The notes below the pieces were generated by a model. It worked only from the letters and a program-made list of their open reading frames with translations, ran no database searches and was not told the origin of the DNA. A program made the translations under genes and the position numbers. From an uncultured delta proteobacterium (GTDB taxonomy: Bacteria > Desulfobacterota > WTBG01 > CAIYCZ01 > CAIRTM01), in contig CAWDSQ010000007.1 of NCBI GenBank assembly GCA_963804955.1, forward strand, positions 192,001-256,000: a stretch of 64,000 nucleotides of DNA, read 5' to 3'. This document shows positions 22,311 through 31,578 of this stretch, piece after piece; position 1 is the stretch's first letter; each line of letters opens with the position of its first letter.

Positions 22311-22451
22311 GGGCCGGGGAAACTGACAGGCTGTGCAGTTCAGCACAACCTGTTTCCAGCAATGAAAATAGTATTTTCTTTTCAGGCATTATTTGGTAAA
22401 AAGACGTTAAGGTTTCCAAACAAACCCAAACAACACACAAGGAGAAACCGC

Positions 22452-22760
22452 ATGGCAGCAAAAGCACCCGCAAAAAAAACGGCAAAGCCTGCAGCGAAAA
22501 AAGCTCCGGCAAAGAAAGCTCCTGCTAAGAAGGTCTACACCTGCAGGACCTGCGGCAAAACAACATCCGATGCAAAGCACCTGTGCAACCCGGGAAAATA
22601 CGAACCGGTTTACACCTGTGAGTACTGCGGCACGGCAGGCAGCGATCCCCGCCACATCTGCAAGCCAAAGGTAGTAGACGTGCAGTGGTTCTGCGATGCC
22701 TGCGGCAGAGTATCCGTATCGAAAAGCCTGCTGTGCAAGCCCAAACAGATTAAAGGATAG
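22452..22760 (+). CDS. Small basic protein: H1-like PAKK tail plus three C-x2-C-G-x9-C-x-P repeats
   Basis: AAGGAG RBS; MAAKAPAKKTAKPAAKKAPAKKAPAKK followed by CRTCG..HLCNP, CEYCG..HICKP, CDACG..LLCKP. Confidence 0.8.
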   Translation: MAAKAPAKKTAKPAAKKAPAKKAPAKKVYTCRTCGKTTSDAKHLCNPGKYEPVYTCEYCGTAGSDPRHICKPKVVDVQWFCDACGRVSVSKSLLCKPKQIKG

Positions 22761-22865
22761 CTTGCCTGCGCAACGTCAGGCTCTGCGCGCGCAAAAAAAG
22801 CGCAGTTTAACCAGCAGGCATAAGACTATTTGTTCACCTTAGACATAACCGGGGGATCACGTCGC

Positions 22866-23123
22866 ATGAAATATCTGCCTAAAACAGGGAGGCTTGAGCG
22901 CAACCTGTCGGACGCTCGCATAACATCCATACCAAAAAGCGAAACTGTCCAGACTATCGAACTCACCAGGTTGCCCGACGGCAGCATTTTGGAGGGAGAT
23001 GATTTCATCCTGGCTGAAAAAGACCGCAAAGTGCTTGCTTTAAAAGAAAAGTACGGCTCCATCGATGAAAAGCAGATCACCTGGGTAAAAATAAAAAAGG
23101 ACCAGACAACCCCCGCATTATAG
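22866..23123 (+). CDS. Hypothetical protein
   Basis: GGGGGA RBS, 85-aa ORF MKYLPKTGRLERNLSD... Confidence 0.5.
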   Translation: MKYLPKTGRLERNLSDARITSIPKSETVQTIELTRLPDGSILEGDDFILAEKDRKVLALKEKYGSIDEKQITWVKIKKDQTTPAL

Positions 23124-23285
23124 CCTCAGGTGCATATGGCTCACGCTGCACCGTGCTGTGCAGACCTGCCGCCACGAGCACAACCGGATGATCCAAACGC
23201 GAAGCCGCGACAGGCTCCGCGTTTTTTATTTTTGCACCTCTCGTCAATGTAATGAATTGATAGAGCCGTCCGGGGAATAAACAGC

Positions 23286-23690
23286 TAGAGCATTTTTCAA
23301 ATACTGTAGCCCACACAAAAAATCATTTTTCGAAAATGAAAATCCTCATCCGTTCGCCCTGAGCCTGTCGAAGGGCTACGTGCCGTTCATGGTTCGACTG
23401 GCTGCACCACGTGACGGCTATGCCCTGTCCCGGATACTACAGCTCCCAAAATAGAGGGAGGAAACATGCCCCTTAGCAAAGGGGGCTAGGGGGATTTGTC
23501 AGGCTGCAAAAATCCTGCCGGGGTTATCGCGGGGGTGATCCAAAGCCGGGGACGAAGCAGGCGGGATATCGACGTTGCTATAAAATAATTACGTAGGGGC
23601 CCTTGTTTTTTCGTAGGGGCTCAAAATTTTTAGCCCCTACAACGGCAGAGATTGCTTCACGTCGTTCGCAATGACAGTTGGTTTGACTTT
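23286..23690. repeat. Cluster of MITE/REP-like repeats
   Basis: TAGAGCATTTTTC...CCGTTCGCCCTGAGCCTGTCGAAGGG (inverted relative to 49036-49241); CCCCTTAGCAAAGGGGG hairpin; GTAGGGGCTCAAAATTTTTAGCCCCTAC. Confidence 0.75.
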
Positions 23691-23701
23691 TTACAGGAAC
23701 A

Positions 23702-24508
23702 TCAAGGTTGAGCGATACGCTGTCCGGAACTCCAGCAAAAAAGCGCTATCGATACCGCAGCGGCAGCATTGAGCGATTCAACCGCGCCGGTCATGGGAAT
23801 TGCCACGGCCTGATGCCGCAGCACATCGGGCAGGCCCTGCCCTTCCATGCCGGGAAGCAGCAGAAAGCGTTCGGGAAAAGCACATTCGCGTATCGACGCG
23901 CCCTGCATATCAAGGGCGACGATATGCCGGGCCATATCCGGCAGCTGCACCACCCCGGCAAGCGACGGTCCGCGGAAAAATGACAGCCTGAACACCGCGC
24001 CGCCCGATGCGCGGATGCTTTTCGGGTGAAACGGACTGGCTGCTTCTTTGAGCAGCACCACCTGCCGCACCCCGAACGCCGCTGCCGAGCGCGCCGCAGC
24101 ACCCACATTGGCCGGGTCCTGAAACGGTAGGGCCAGAACGCAGCCGGGTTCGGTCAGCCGGCAATCCCATTCCGGGATGGATGGCGCAAGCATCTCAAGC
24201 AGGGGTCCGTTCGTCCTGAACATATCAAGCTCGTTGAAGAGCGCCTTCTTGAGTACAAGCAGCTTTCCCTCCCGGCTGAACTGCTGCACAACATCGCCCA
24301 TGCCGCTCTCCTCAAAGCCGTCAAAGACAATCAGCGCGCAGCATTCCTGCGGCCGCTCCAGGGCAAGCTCCCGCACCAGCTTCGTGCCGGACACGAGCGT
24401 GCGCTCCTGCTTCTTCAGGCCGCGGCCATCGGTCAATTTGCACAGGGCCTTGAAGGTCCTGTTGTCGGGCGATGTGATGATAAGGGGGGCGTGGATTTTT
24501 TCGATCAT
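23702..24508 (-). CDS. TrmH/SpoU family RNA methyltransferase
   Basis: ITSPDN, QDPANVGAAARSAAAFG, GMEGQGL, IPMTGAVESLNAAAA. Confidence 0.92.
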   Translation of the reverse strand: MIEKIHAPLIITSPDNRTFKALCKLTDGRGLKKQERTLVSGTKLVRELALERPQECCALIVFDGFEESGMGDVVQQFSREGKLLVLKKALFNELDMFRTNGPLLEMLAPSIPEWDCRLTEPGCVLALPFQDPANVGAAARSAAAFGVRQVVLLKEAASPFHPKSIRASGGAVFRLSFFRGPSLAGVVQLPDMARHIVALDMQGASIRECAFPERFLLLPGMEGQGLPDVLRHQAVAIPMTGAVESLNAAAAVSIALFCWSSGQRIAQP

Positions 24509-24722
24509 GACTGCTACCGGCTGCTTCGTTCTTAGTACAGAGCCCCACAAAAAAGGGGTGAAAAATTCCCCTTTAGCAAAGGGGGATTAACTAGGCTTAT
24601 TTATCGTATGAAATTATATGCCCTCTTATTTGAGAGGCGCTGTACTTATAATTGCACAGCTAACCTATAAAACAACAGGCCAAATTTTACAATGTGAAAC
24701 ACGTCGCCCCGCACATGCTCAC

Positions 24723-24778
24723 TTGACAGTCTGCCGGACTTAGGCTAAAAGTATAACATATGTACAATCAAATTACAT
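24723..24778 (+). promoter_or_regulatory. lexA promoter with candidate LexA operator
   Basis: TTGACA at 24723; TAAC-N4-GTAC at 24754-24765 and palindrome ATGTA-N9-TACAT at 24760-24778. Confidence 0.45.
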
Positions 24779-24795
24779 GACAGAGGTCACTACCC

Positions 24796-25412
24796 ATGGA
24801 ACAGCTGACCGCAAAGCAGGCGCGGGTGCTTGATTTCATAAAAGGCCACCTGCAGCATACCGGCTATCCGCCCACGGTTCGTGAAATAGCCGACAGGCTC
24901 GGCCTTGCAGGCCCCAACAGCGCAAAAAAATTTCTCGATATCCTCGAACGCAAGGGATGCATCCGGCGGCAGCCGGGCTGCTCGCGTGCCATTGAAATTA
25001 TGGGATCCTGCGGGCCGCAGCCATTCGCAGCCTGCCCGTAGTGGGCGCCATACGGGCAGGCGAACCGGTGCTGGCCTTTGAAAACATCGAGGAGCATGTG
25101 GCAGTGGACCCGTCTTTTGCCCGTGGCGAAGGGCTCTTCTTCCTTCGCGTGAAGGGCGACAGCATGATCGATGCTCATGTCATGGACGGCGACCTTGCCC
25201 TCATCCGGCCCCAGCCGGAAGTCGCCTCCGGCGACATTGCCGCCGTGCTGCTCGGCGATGAGGCGACGCTGAAATATTTTTTTAAAGAAAAAACAGCTAT
25301 ACGCCTGCAGCCTGCCAACCCTGCCTATGAGCCGATTGTGATTAAGCAGAAAGATGGCGCGCAGGTGCGCATCATCGGCAAGGTTGTTGGCGTCATGAGG
25401 AAAATGGAGTAG
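24796..25412 (+). CDS. lexA: LexA repressor, frameshifted near 25020-25040
   Basis: LTAKQARVLDFI...GYPPTVREIA; Ala-Gly cleavage site (IRAGEP); catalytic Ser (GDSM) and Lys (TLK). Confidence 0.93.
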
Positions 25413-25675
25413 CATGGATTTTAGATTGAGGATATTGGATTTCAGACTCTGGGCTTGGTCTGGGCTTGGGGTCGAATCTTTAACGTGACATTTCTTCGAA
25501 AAGATAAGGTAACAGGCTTAGTTCTGCTGCCTCACAAATCGAGCTTACCGGTTGAGGTATAGTTGTTCAAATATTCAGAAAAAACAGAATTAACGGGCAA
25601 AAAAAAATGAAGCGAATTCTACAGATCAGACTTTTTAAAAATATTGACATCTTTGCAAAGGAATACTATATAGAA

Positions 25676-25735
25676 GTCAGCACACCCGCCGCGCCTCTGC
25701 CTAGCATGCGAAATTCGGTGGGTTTTTCTTTTTCT
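25676..25735 (+). ncRNA. Candidate abiF-type RNA (antitoxin/leader hairpin)
   Basis: ACCCGCCG (25684-25691) pairs with CGGTGGGT (25716-25723) around CGCCTCT...ATGCG, followed by a T-tract; TTGACA at 25644 with an AT-rich -10; immediately 5' of an Abi_2 gene. Confidence 0.65.
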
Positions 25736-25745
25736 GGGGGGCTTT

Positions 25746-26645
25746 ATGGAATATTGTAAGCCCCCGCTTTCCTTTGAGGCACAGGCAGAGCTTCTCCTCT
25801 CACGGGGCCTTCAGGCAGATAAAAACGCTTTAATTGCTCGCTTGCAAGCGGTTAATTATTACCGGCTTAGCGCCTATCTTTATCCCTTTCGTAAGAACTC
25901 AAGCGATACATTCCAAAAAAATACTACTCTTGATCTTGTCTGGAAACACTACACCTTCGACCGTCAATTACGAATCCTCGCAATGGATGCCATTGAGCGT
26001 ATCGAAGTTGCGGTGAGGACTCAGCTTGTCTACCATTTTGCGCATCGACATGGCGCGTTTGATTATTTAAAGCCAACCAACTTCCCGAAGCTAAGCCAAG
26101 ACCGATTTAACCGCTGGCTTGTCGACATGAAAGATGAAATCAAGCGCAGCCGGGAGACATTTGCAGAGCACTTTAGTCAAAAATATGGCGATCATCATGA
26201 ACTACCGCCTCTTTGGATGCTTTGTGAAGTCATGAGCTTCGGGAAAATGCTGACCCTTTTTAACGGCGTTGACGATGCCATGAGACGCTTGATTGCCCGC
26301 GAATATGGGCTTGAGGATAAGGTGCTTCAATCCTGGCTTGGTTCGCTCAACGTCATTAGAAACATCTGCGCTCATCATGGACGTCTCTGGAATCGCGAAC
26401 TCGGATTTAAGCCTTTCATACCGCGCAGGCAGAAATATCCGCAGTGGCATGCTCCTGTAGAAATTGCCAATCACCGCATCTTTGCCATAATGACTATCCT
26501 TAAGTTTATGCTTAGGAAAGTTGCACCTACAAGCAAATGGGAGTGCCGGTTTAGCGACCTTCTCAGCCGTTATCCTGAAATACCGCTTGCGTCGATGGGG
26601 TTCCCGGGAAACTGGGAAAGTTGCGCAATTTGGAGCAACCAATAA
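25746..26645 (+). CDS. Abi_2 (AbiD/AbiF-like) HEPN-domain protein
   Basis: KPPLSFEAQ..LL.SRGL, VNYYRLSAY, YTFDRQLR...IERIEVAVR, PPLW..EVMSFG, HEPN R-x4-H motif RNICAH(H)GRLWNR. Confidence 0.92.
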   Translation: MEYCKPPLSFEAQAELLLSRGLQADKNALIARLQAVNYYRLSAYLYPFRKNSSDTFQKNTTLDLVWKHYTFDRQLRILAMDAIERIEVAVRTQLVYHFAHRHGAFDYLKPTNFPKLSQDRFNRWLVDMKDEIKRSRETFAEHFSQKYGDHHELPPLWMLCEVMSFGKMLTLFNGVDDAMRRLIAREYGLEDKVLQSWLGSLNVIRNICAHHGRLWNRELGFKPFIPRRQKYPQWHAPVEIANHRIFAIMTILKFMLRKVAPTSKWECRFSDLLSRYPEIPLASMGFPGNWESCAIWSNQ

Positions 26646-26698
26646 AATCAACAACGCGAAAAAAATACGCAAACAAGTTCCATCAGACAATTTAAACT

Positions 26699-27929
26699 AT
26701 GCCGAGCACTATCATCCATCTTGACATGAACGCCTTCTTCGCCTCGGTGGAGCAGCAGTGCTAACCCCGCCCTGCGGGGCAAGCCTATTGCTGTCGTCGG
26801 CCGGGGCAGCCGCACCGTTGTCACCACGGCCTCCTATGAGGCCCGGGCTTTCGGCGTCAAGACGGGCATGAACAAATTTGAGGCGCAGCGGCAGTGCCCG
26901 CACATCATTTTCGTGGAAGGCAATAACCGGCGCTATGCCGAAACATGCGCCGGGTTCACGGCCATGTGCCGCAGGTTTACCCCGCTGGTGGAGGTTTTTT
27001 CCATTGATGAAGTATTCATGGATGTGACCGGCTCCTTAAAGATTTTCTCCTCGGCCCGGGATATTATCGCACGTATTAAGCAGCAGATAAAAAGCCGGTA
27101 CGGCCTTACCTGCTCGGCAGGCATCGCCCCCAATAAGCTGCTTGCCAAACTTGCCAGCGACCGGGAAAAGCCCGACGGACTGGTGGACATACCGCCTGAC
27201 ACCGTGCTGCCCTTTCTTGAAGGCCTGCCGGTCCAGGACCTGTGCGGCATCGGGAGCAAAACGCAGGCAAAGCTGGCGCTTCTCGGCATAACAACCTGCG
27301 GCCAGCTCGGCAGGGCTGACGCGAATCTGCTCTCCCGCCATTTCGGTGTGATGGGAGACATGCTGCGCCACATGGGAAGGGGAGAAGACGACAGCCCGGT
27401 GGTGCCTTTGGAAGAGACGCCCGACCCCAAGTCAATCGGCCACAGCCATACTCTTCCGAGCGATATAACCCGGCGCGAGCTGCTTGATTTCCATCTGCTG
27501 CGGCTCTCTGAAATGGTTGGCCGCCGGGCGCGCGATGGCGGCTTTGCCGGCCGCACCGTATGCCTTACTATCCGCTATAAGGATTTCACCACCTTCACCC
27601 GCAGAGTTTCTGTTTCGCATCCTATGTGCGAAACCCCGGATATATTTGCCGCGGCAAAAGGCATTCTTGACGGCATCAAGCTTCAGCAGGCCGTGCGGCT
27701 GGTGGGCGTAGCGCTTTCACAGCTGGGAGAGATGCCGCGCCAGCTGCCCCTTTTTGCAAAGCAAACCAAAAGCCGCAAGCTTACCCGTGCGATGGATGAA
27801 ATCAATAACCGCTTTGGTGATTTTACGCTGACCTGGGGCAGCATGCTTGAGCATGATGATTCTGAAGGCCACGGGGGCGTGATATCGCCTGCCTGGCGGC
27901 CTGAAGGCGTGCGAAAAATCACGTTTTGA
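26699..27929 (+). CDS. dinB: DNA polymerase IV (Y family), frameshifted near 26760
   Basis: MPSTIIHLDMNAFFASVEQ from 26699; SYEARAFGVKTGM, FSIDEVFMD, NKLLAKLASD..KPDG. Confidence 0.93.
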
Positions 27930-28079
27930 CCGCACTAAAAAAATTCACTGAAGAGTCAGGAAGCGTGCAGAGGAAAAATGTATTTTTTTCTCAAGAAACT
28001 GTTGCCAAGTGCCGACTATAGGATTAATAAATAATGCACGGAAGTCGTTAACCATTTTCTCTAGAAAGGAAGGTATGTC

Positions 28080-28184
28080 ATGTCAAAAGGAATGGATGCC
28101 AAAAAAACAGACAAAAAGAAGTCGGAAAAAAGCCTGAAAGAAAAACGAGCCGAAAAGAAACAGAAAAAGGCCAACAAGGCCTGA
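28080..28184 (+). CDS. 34-aa lysine-rich small protein (below the ORF-track cutoff)
   Basis: AAGGAAGG RBS; MSKGMDAKKTDKKKSEKSLKEKRAEKKQKKANKA; own terminator immediately downstream. Confidence 0.7.
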   Translation: MSKGMDAKKTDKKKSEKSLKEKRAEKKQKKANKA

Positions 28185-28195
28185 AAAAATACGAA

Positions 28196-28236
28196 ACAGG
28201 GAGGAGACGCACAGGCGCTCCTCCCTGTTTTTTTTC
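28196..28236 (+). terminator. Rho-independent terminator
   Basis: ACAGGGAGGAG...CTCCTCCCTGTTTTTTTT. Confidence 0.75.
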
Positions 28237-28270
28237 ACCCGCGCGCCCTGTTGCGGAGGGAGAACCAACA

Positions 28271-28708
28271 ATGGACACCGCACAGCTCAGTCAGGTTGAG
28301 TACGTCGGCTTCTGGCCCCGTGTGCTTGCCTCGATCATCGACAGCGTTCTGCTTATGCTGGTGCTGGCGCCGGTTGCCGGCATGCTGACGGGCGGCGGCA
28401 CCGGCAGTGTGCTCATCAATGTCATCCTGCCCGCCGTGGCAGTCATTGTTTTCTGGATATACAAATCGGCAACACCGGGCAAAATGATCATCAAGGCTGA
28501 AATTGTCGACGCAAAGACCTTCGGCAAGCCCACCACCGGCCAGTTTATCGGCCGGTATCTGGGGTATTATGTTTCAACCATTCCGCTTTTGCTGGGGCTT
28601 ATCTGGGTGGCCTTCGATGAGCGGAAGCAGGGCTGGCATGACAAGCTTGCCGGCACCGTCGTGATCAGCACGAAAGACCGGGGGCAGCAGCAGGCTCCAC
28701 AGGCATAA
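28271..28708 (+). CDS. RDD family membrane protein
   Basis: YVGFWPRVLASIID...ATPGKM...RKQGWHDKLAGTVV. Confidence 0.93.
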   Translation: MDTAQLSQVEYVGFWPRVLASIIDSVLLMLVLAPVAGMLTGGGTGSVLINVILPAVAVIVFWIYKSATPGKMIIKAEIVDAKTFGKPTTGQFIGRYLGYYVSTIPLLLGLIWVAFDERKQGWHDKLAGTVVISTKDRGQQQAPQA

Positions 28709-28838
28709 AAAAACGACGGGGCATGACCTTGTCGTTTCATCTCAACATGTGTAATGGGTGAACCCCATCATTGATGCAAATGGATATATTGCGGGTTTTA
28801 CCAACAATATTTGTGAACTAAAATTTCCTTCTCCCCTT

Positions 28839-29218
28839 GAGAGGCTGTGTTGCAATCACCTTTGCTGTCATCTCGACCCCTTCGGCTTTGCTCAGGGCAG
28901 GCTCCGGGAGAGATCTTTGTAGCAGGTAAAATCAAGGGCTTAAGATTGATGCGCGGTGGCGCAACCTGCGGACTCACCGCCTGCGGCGGATTCGAAATGA
29001 CATTAATAAATCAATCTGGTTATCTCCAAAGCTGAACTTACCCTTATTCTGGACACCAACTTACGAACACTGTGTCGTAATTGCCCTTGATGTCATTTCG
29101 AATCCCGCTGAAAGCGGGATGAGAAATCCTAACGCCCTAATTTCACATCAGTCTAAGATTTCTCCCTGCGGTCGAAATGGCAGTTTTCGCTGACAGAGGG
29201 GTTTTCGTTCAGATACTA
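28839..29218. repeat. Composite MITE-like repeat, related to 63528-63736 and 15038-15207
   Basis: Shared CTGTGTYGYAAT, GGTTATCTCCAA.GCTGAAC, GTCATTTCGAA...GAGAAATC and terminal TTTCGTTCAG..ACTA. Confidence 0.7.
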
Positions 29219-29438
29219 TATAAGATGATATATTCTTTATAGAGCATGGAAGTTTTGGCCTTCCGGATAAAATCGTTCATTGCCCTCAGGCAGCAAAGAT
29301 TTTTCACTTGCAAAGATGCTTTGATAGTTGTTTAATGCAAAAATGGGATGAGGGGCCTTGCGGATGAATCCTGCTGGGAAGGATACCCCCGCACGCCGCA
29401 TACTGCAATTTTCAAAAAATCCTCGCATGTGAGGGATA

Positions 29439-29708
29439 GTGAAAAAAATTGACCTATTGGGAAGACTGGAAAATTTCTTCTTATATAGTTTTTATCCCCT
29501 ATTGTTTCTTGCCCTTTCCGGTATATTGATAATAGTTGATTCCCTTTTCTTTCAGGACTTTCCTGTACTGCTGCGAGCTGTATTGTTCTGTGCCGGTGTA
29601 TTTTCCGGCGCGGCTCTCGGGTATAGTGCAGCAACAGTGATATTTGACCTTTTTTTCCCCCGGTACTGCAGGGTTATGGAAGAAATCGTCAATGAAAAAC
29701 AAGAATAG
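29439..29708 (+). CDS. Hypothetical small membrane protein
   Basis: GAGGGA RBS, GTG start, two hydrophobic segments. Confidence 0.45.
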   Translation: MKKIDLLGRLENFFLYSFYPLLFLALSGILIIVDSLFFQDFPVLLRAVLFCAGVFSGAALGYSAATVIFDLFFPRYCRVMEEIVNEKQE

Positions 29709-30086
29709 GCCGACAGGCCGCTTGACCCTCTTGTTCCCGCCCCCTTTTTTTTCGGCCTTTGATTCCTGAACAGTGCCCTTGAGTGCATTCTTAAAAATAG
29801 CATAGCCACAGGCGCACCTGTGCAGAGGGCTGCAAAAAAGTTCTCTCGTGGGTCGTCACCTTCAATAGTAGCAGTTGCTGGTACCCTCACTCCACCCGCA
29901 GGAAGGGCACTGTTGGGCCTAAAAGATAGCCTTTGGGGCTATTGATTAAACCGATATTTCTATATATCCTATACGTCTCAGGAAGGTATTTTGAAAAAAA
30001 CAGGTCCGATTAATAGAGCCAATCAATTTCTCAAACGGTTCGTGCAGATACTATATGCGGATTATCAGGAGAGAAGAAGGCCGAAT

Positions 30087-30401
30087 ATGGCGCCACTCGT
30101 TGCAGCTAAACAAACTGTAAAAGAAATCGCAATAGCCATTTTGACAGCCATTGCCGCTTGTATCAACAGGTGTTGCAGGGGGAAGCAGCAGTCCCTGGAC
30201 AGAGCAAAGATGGGACAGGTCGTTTTTGACCTGGAGGACCGTTTGCGCAAGGTGGCAATCGAGCTTATGCGCGTCAATGGTGTATCGCCATCGAGGATTG
30301 AAGAACTGAAGGCAGAGAAGAATAAGCTGCTTGCGGAGATTGATGCCGTGACCCGTGCCGCCGGGCTGAGAAGCCGCATCTTGTCTTCCGGTTTTGAATG
30401 A
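30087..30401 (+). CDS. Hypothetical helical protein
   Basis: MAPLVAAKQTVKEIAIAIL...RIEELKAEKNKLLAEID. Confidence 0.45.
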   Translation: MAPLVAAKQTVKEIAIAILTAIAACINRCCRGKQQSLDRAKMGQVVFDLEDRLRKVAIELMRVNGVSPSRIEELKAEKNKLLAEIDAVTRAAGLRSRILSSGFE

Positions 30402-30596
30402 TTGTTGCGCCCTCGTCCGTTCAGCGTTTATGTCCGTCTCAGTGATGCCAAGGGCGATGGGAGTTGAAATGCCTTTACACCCCCCCCTGTAATTTTTTAG
30501 CTACATTATCTAAGAATTGGTCCGATACGTTACTTATAAGAAAAGAGAAGCAATCATAAGCGATAGCCGTGGATCACAAACAATGAGGGGTAAGCC

Positions 30597-31039
30597 ATGG
30601 ACAAGACACTCCAGACTGATAAAAAACCGTGCCGGAAGCCGGAGCTGATGGCATATTGTTTTCAGGGGGATACAGAGTGACTGCTACCACACCGGGCACC
30701 AGTGAACGTTTCAATGTCCACCTCAAAGCCACATATGGCATCATGGGGCTGGACATGCAGCCTCAGGATTGCCGGATCGCCAATCTGAGTGCAAGCGGTG
30801 CGAAAGTTCTCTTCCCGCACACTGAAAGCTTTAAGAACGGAGCTGTTATTGCAGTGGATATACCCATACCGAACACGAGCATGCGCATTGCTGCTGAGGC
30901 GGAAATCATATGGACCAGGCAGCGCTTCAATGAGTTAATAAGCGGCATCAGGTTTTCCGGTGCGCTCAGTGATGCCATGCTCCGGCAGGTCGTTAACAAT
31001 ATTCAGCAGTTGAGCGATTATACCGAGGTGATCTGGTAA
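30597..31039 (+). CDS. PilZ-domain protein; the 5' end likely has a homopolymer indel
   Basis: ERFNVHLKATY...CRIANLSASGAKV...AEIIW...GIRF; GAGGGG RBS before ATG at 30597. Confidence 0.75.
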
Positions 31040-31578
31040 ACAGGCTGCCCTGGCGTCAACCTCCAAAAACCGAGACATTGCAAAGCACGTGGTTGTGGCA
31101 CATGAAAAGCGGGGCTGTAAAAGGCCCTGCTTTTTTTATGCATGCCGGTCAGTTGTCCTCCTTTTTACTCCTTTGTAATCTTAGGGTGAAAAAAAGTGAC
31201 GGATTTATTGCTTTCAGAAGGGCCGTCGCTTATGGCGATGATTCCTGAAGATAGCAAGCCAAACGCAGCGTGTTTTGAATTACTCCCTTTCTGGGCGAAA
31301 TCAAGTCACCCTCTATGCTGGCGTCTGCTGACTTTTTTGCAGCAACATGCCGCCGTGGCACACAAGCACCCCACTCCGCGTCTTCACCGAAGGTAAAAAA
31401 ACTCTAGAACCGCACCATCCCTCCGCCCCCATCATCATTTTTTACTATTGATTTTAGCTATTGAATAACCTAAATAATATACTATTAGCCTCTTAAATTT
31501 TAGATTTTTCGTTTTTCTATTCCTTGTTCTTCTAAAAATTTCTATTCATAAAAATTTTATCTGTGAAGGGAGGATGTC

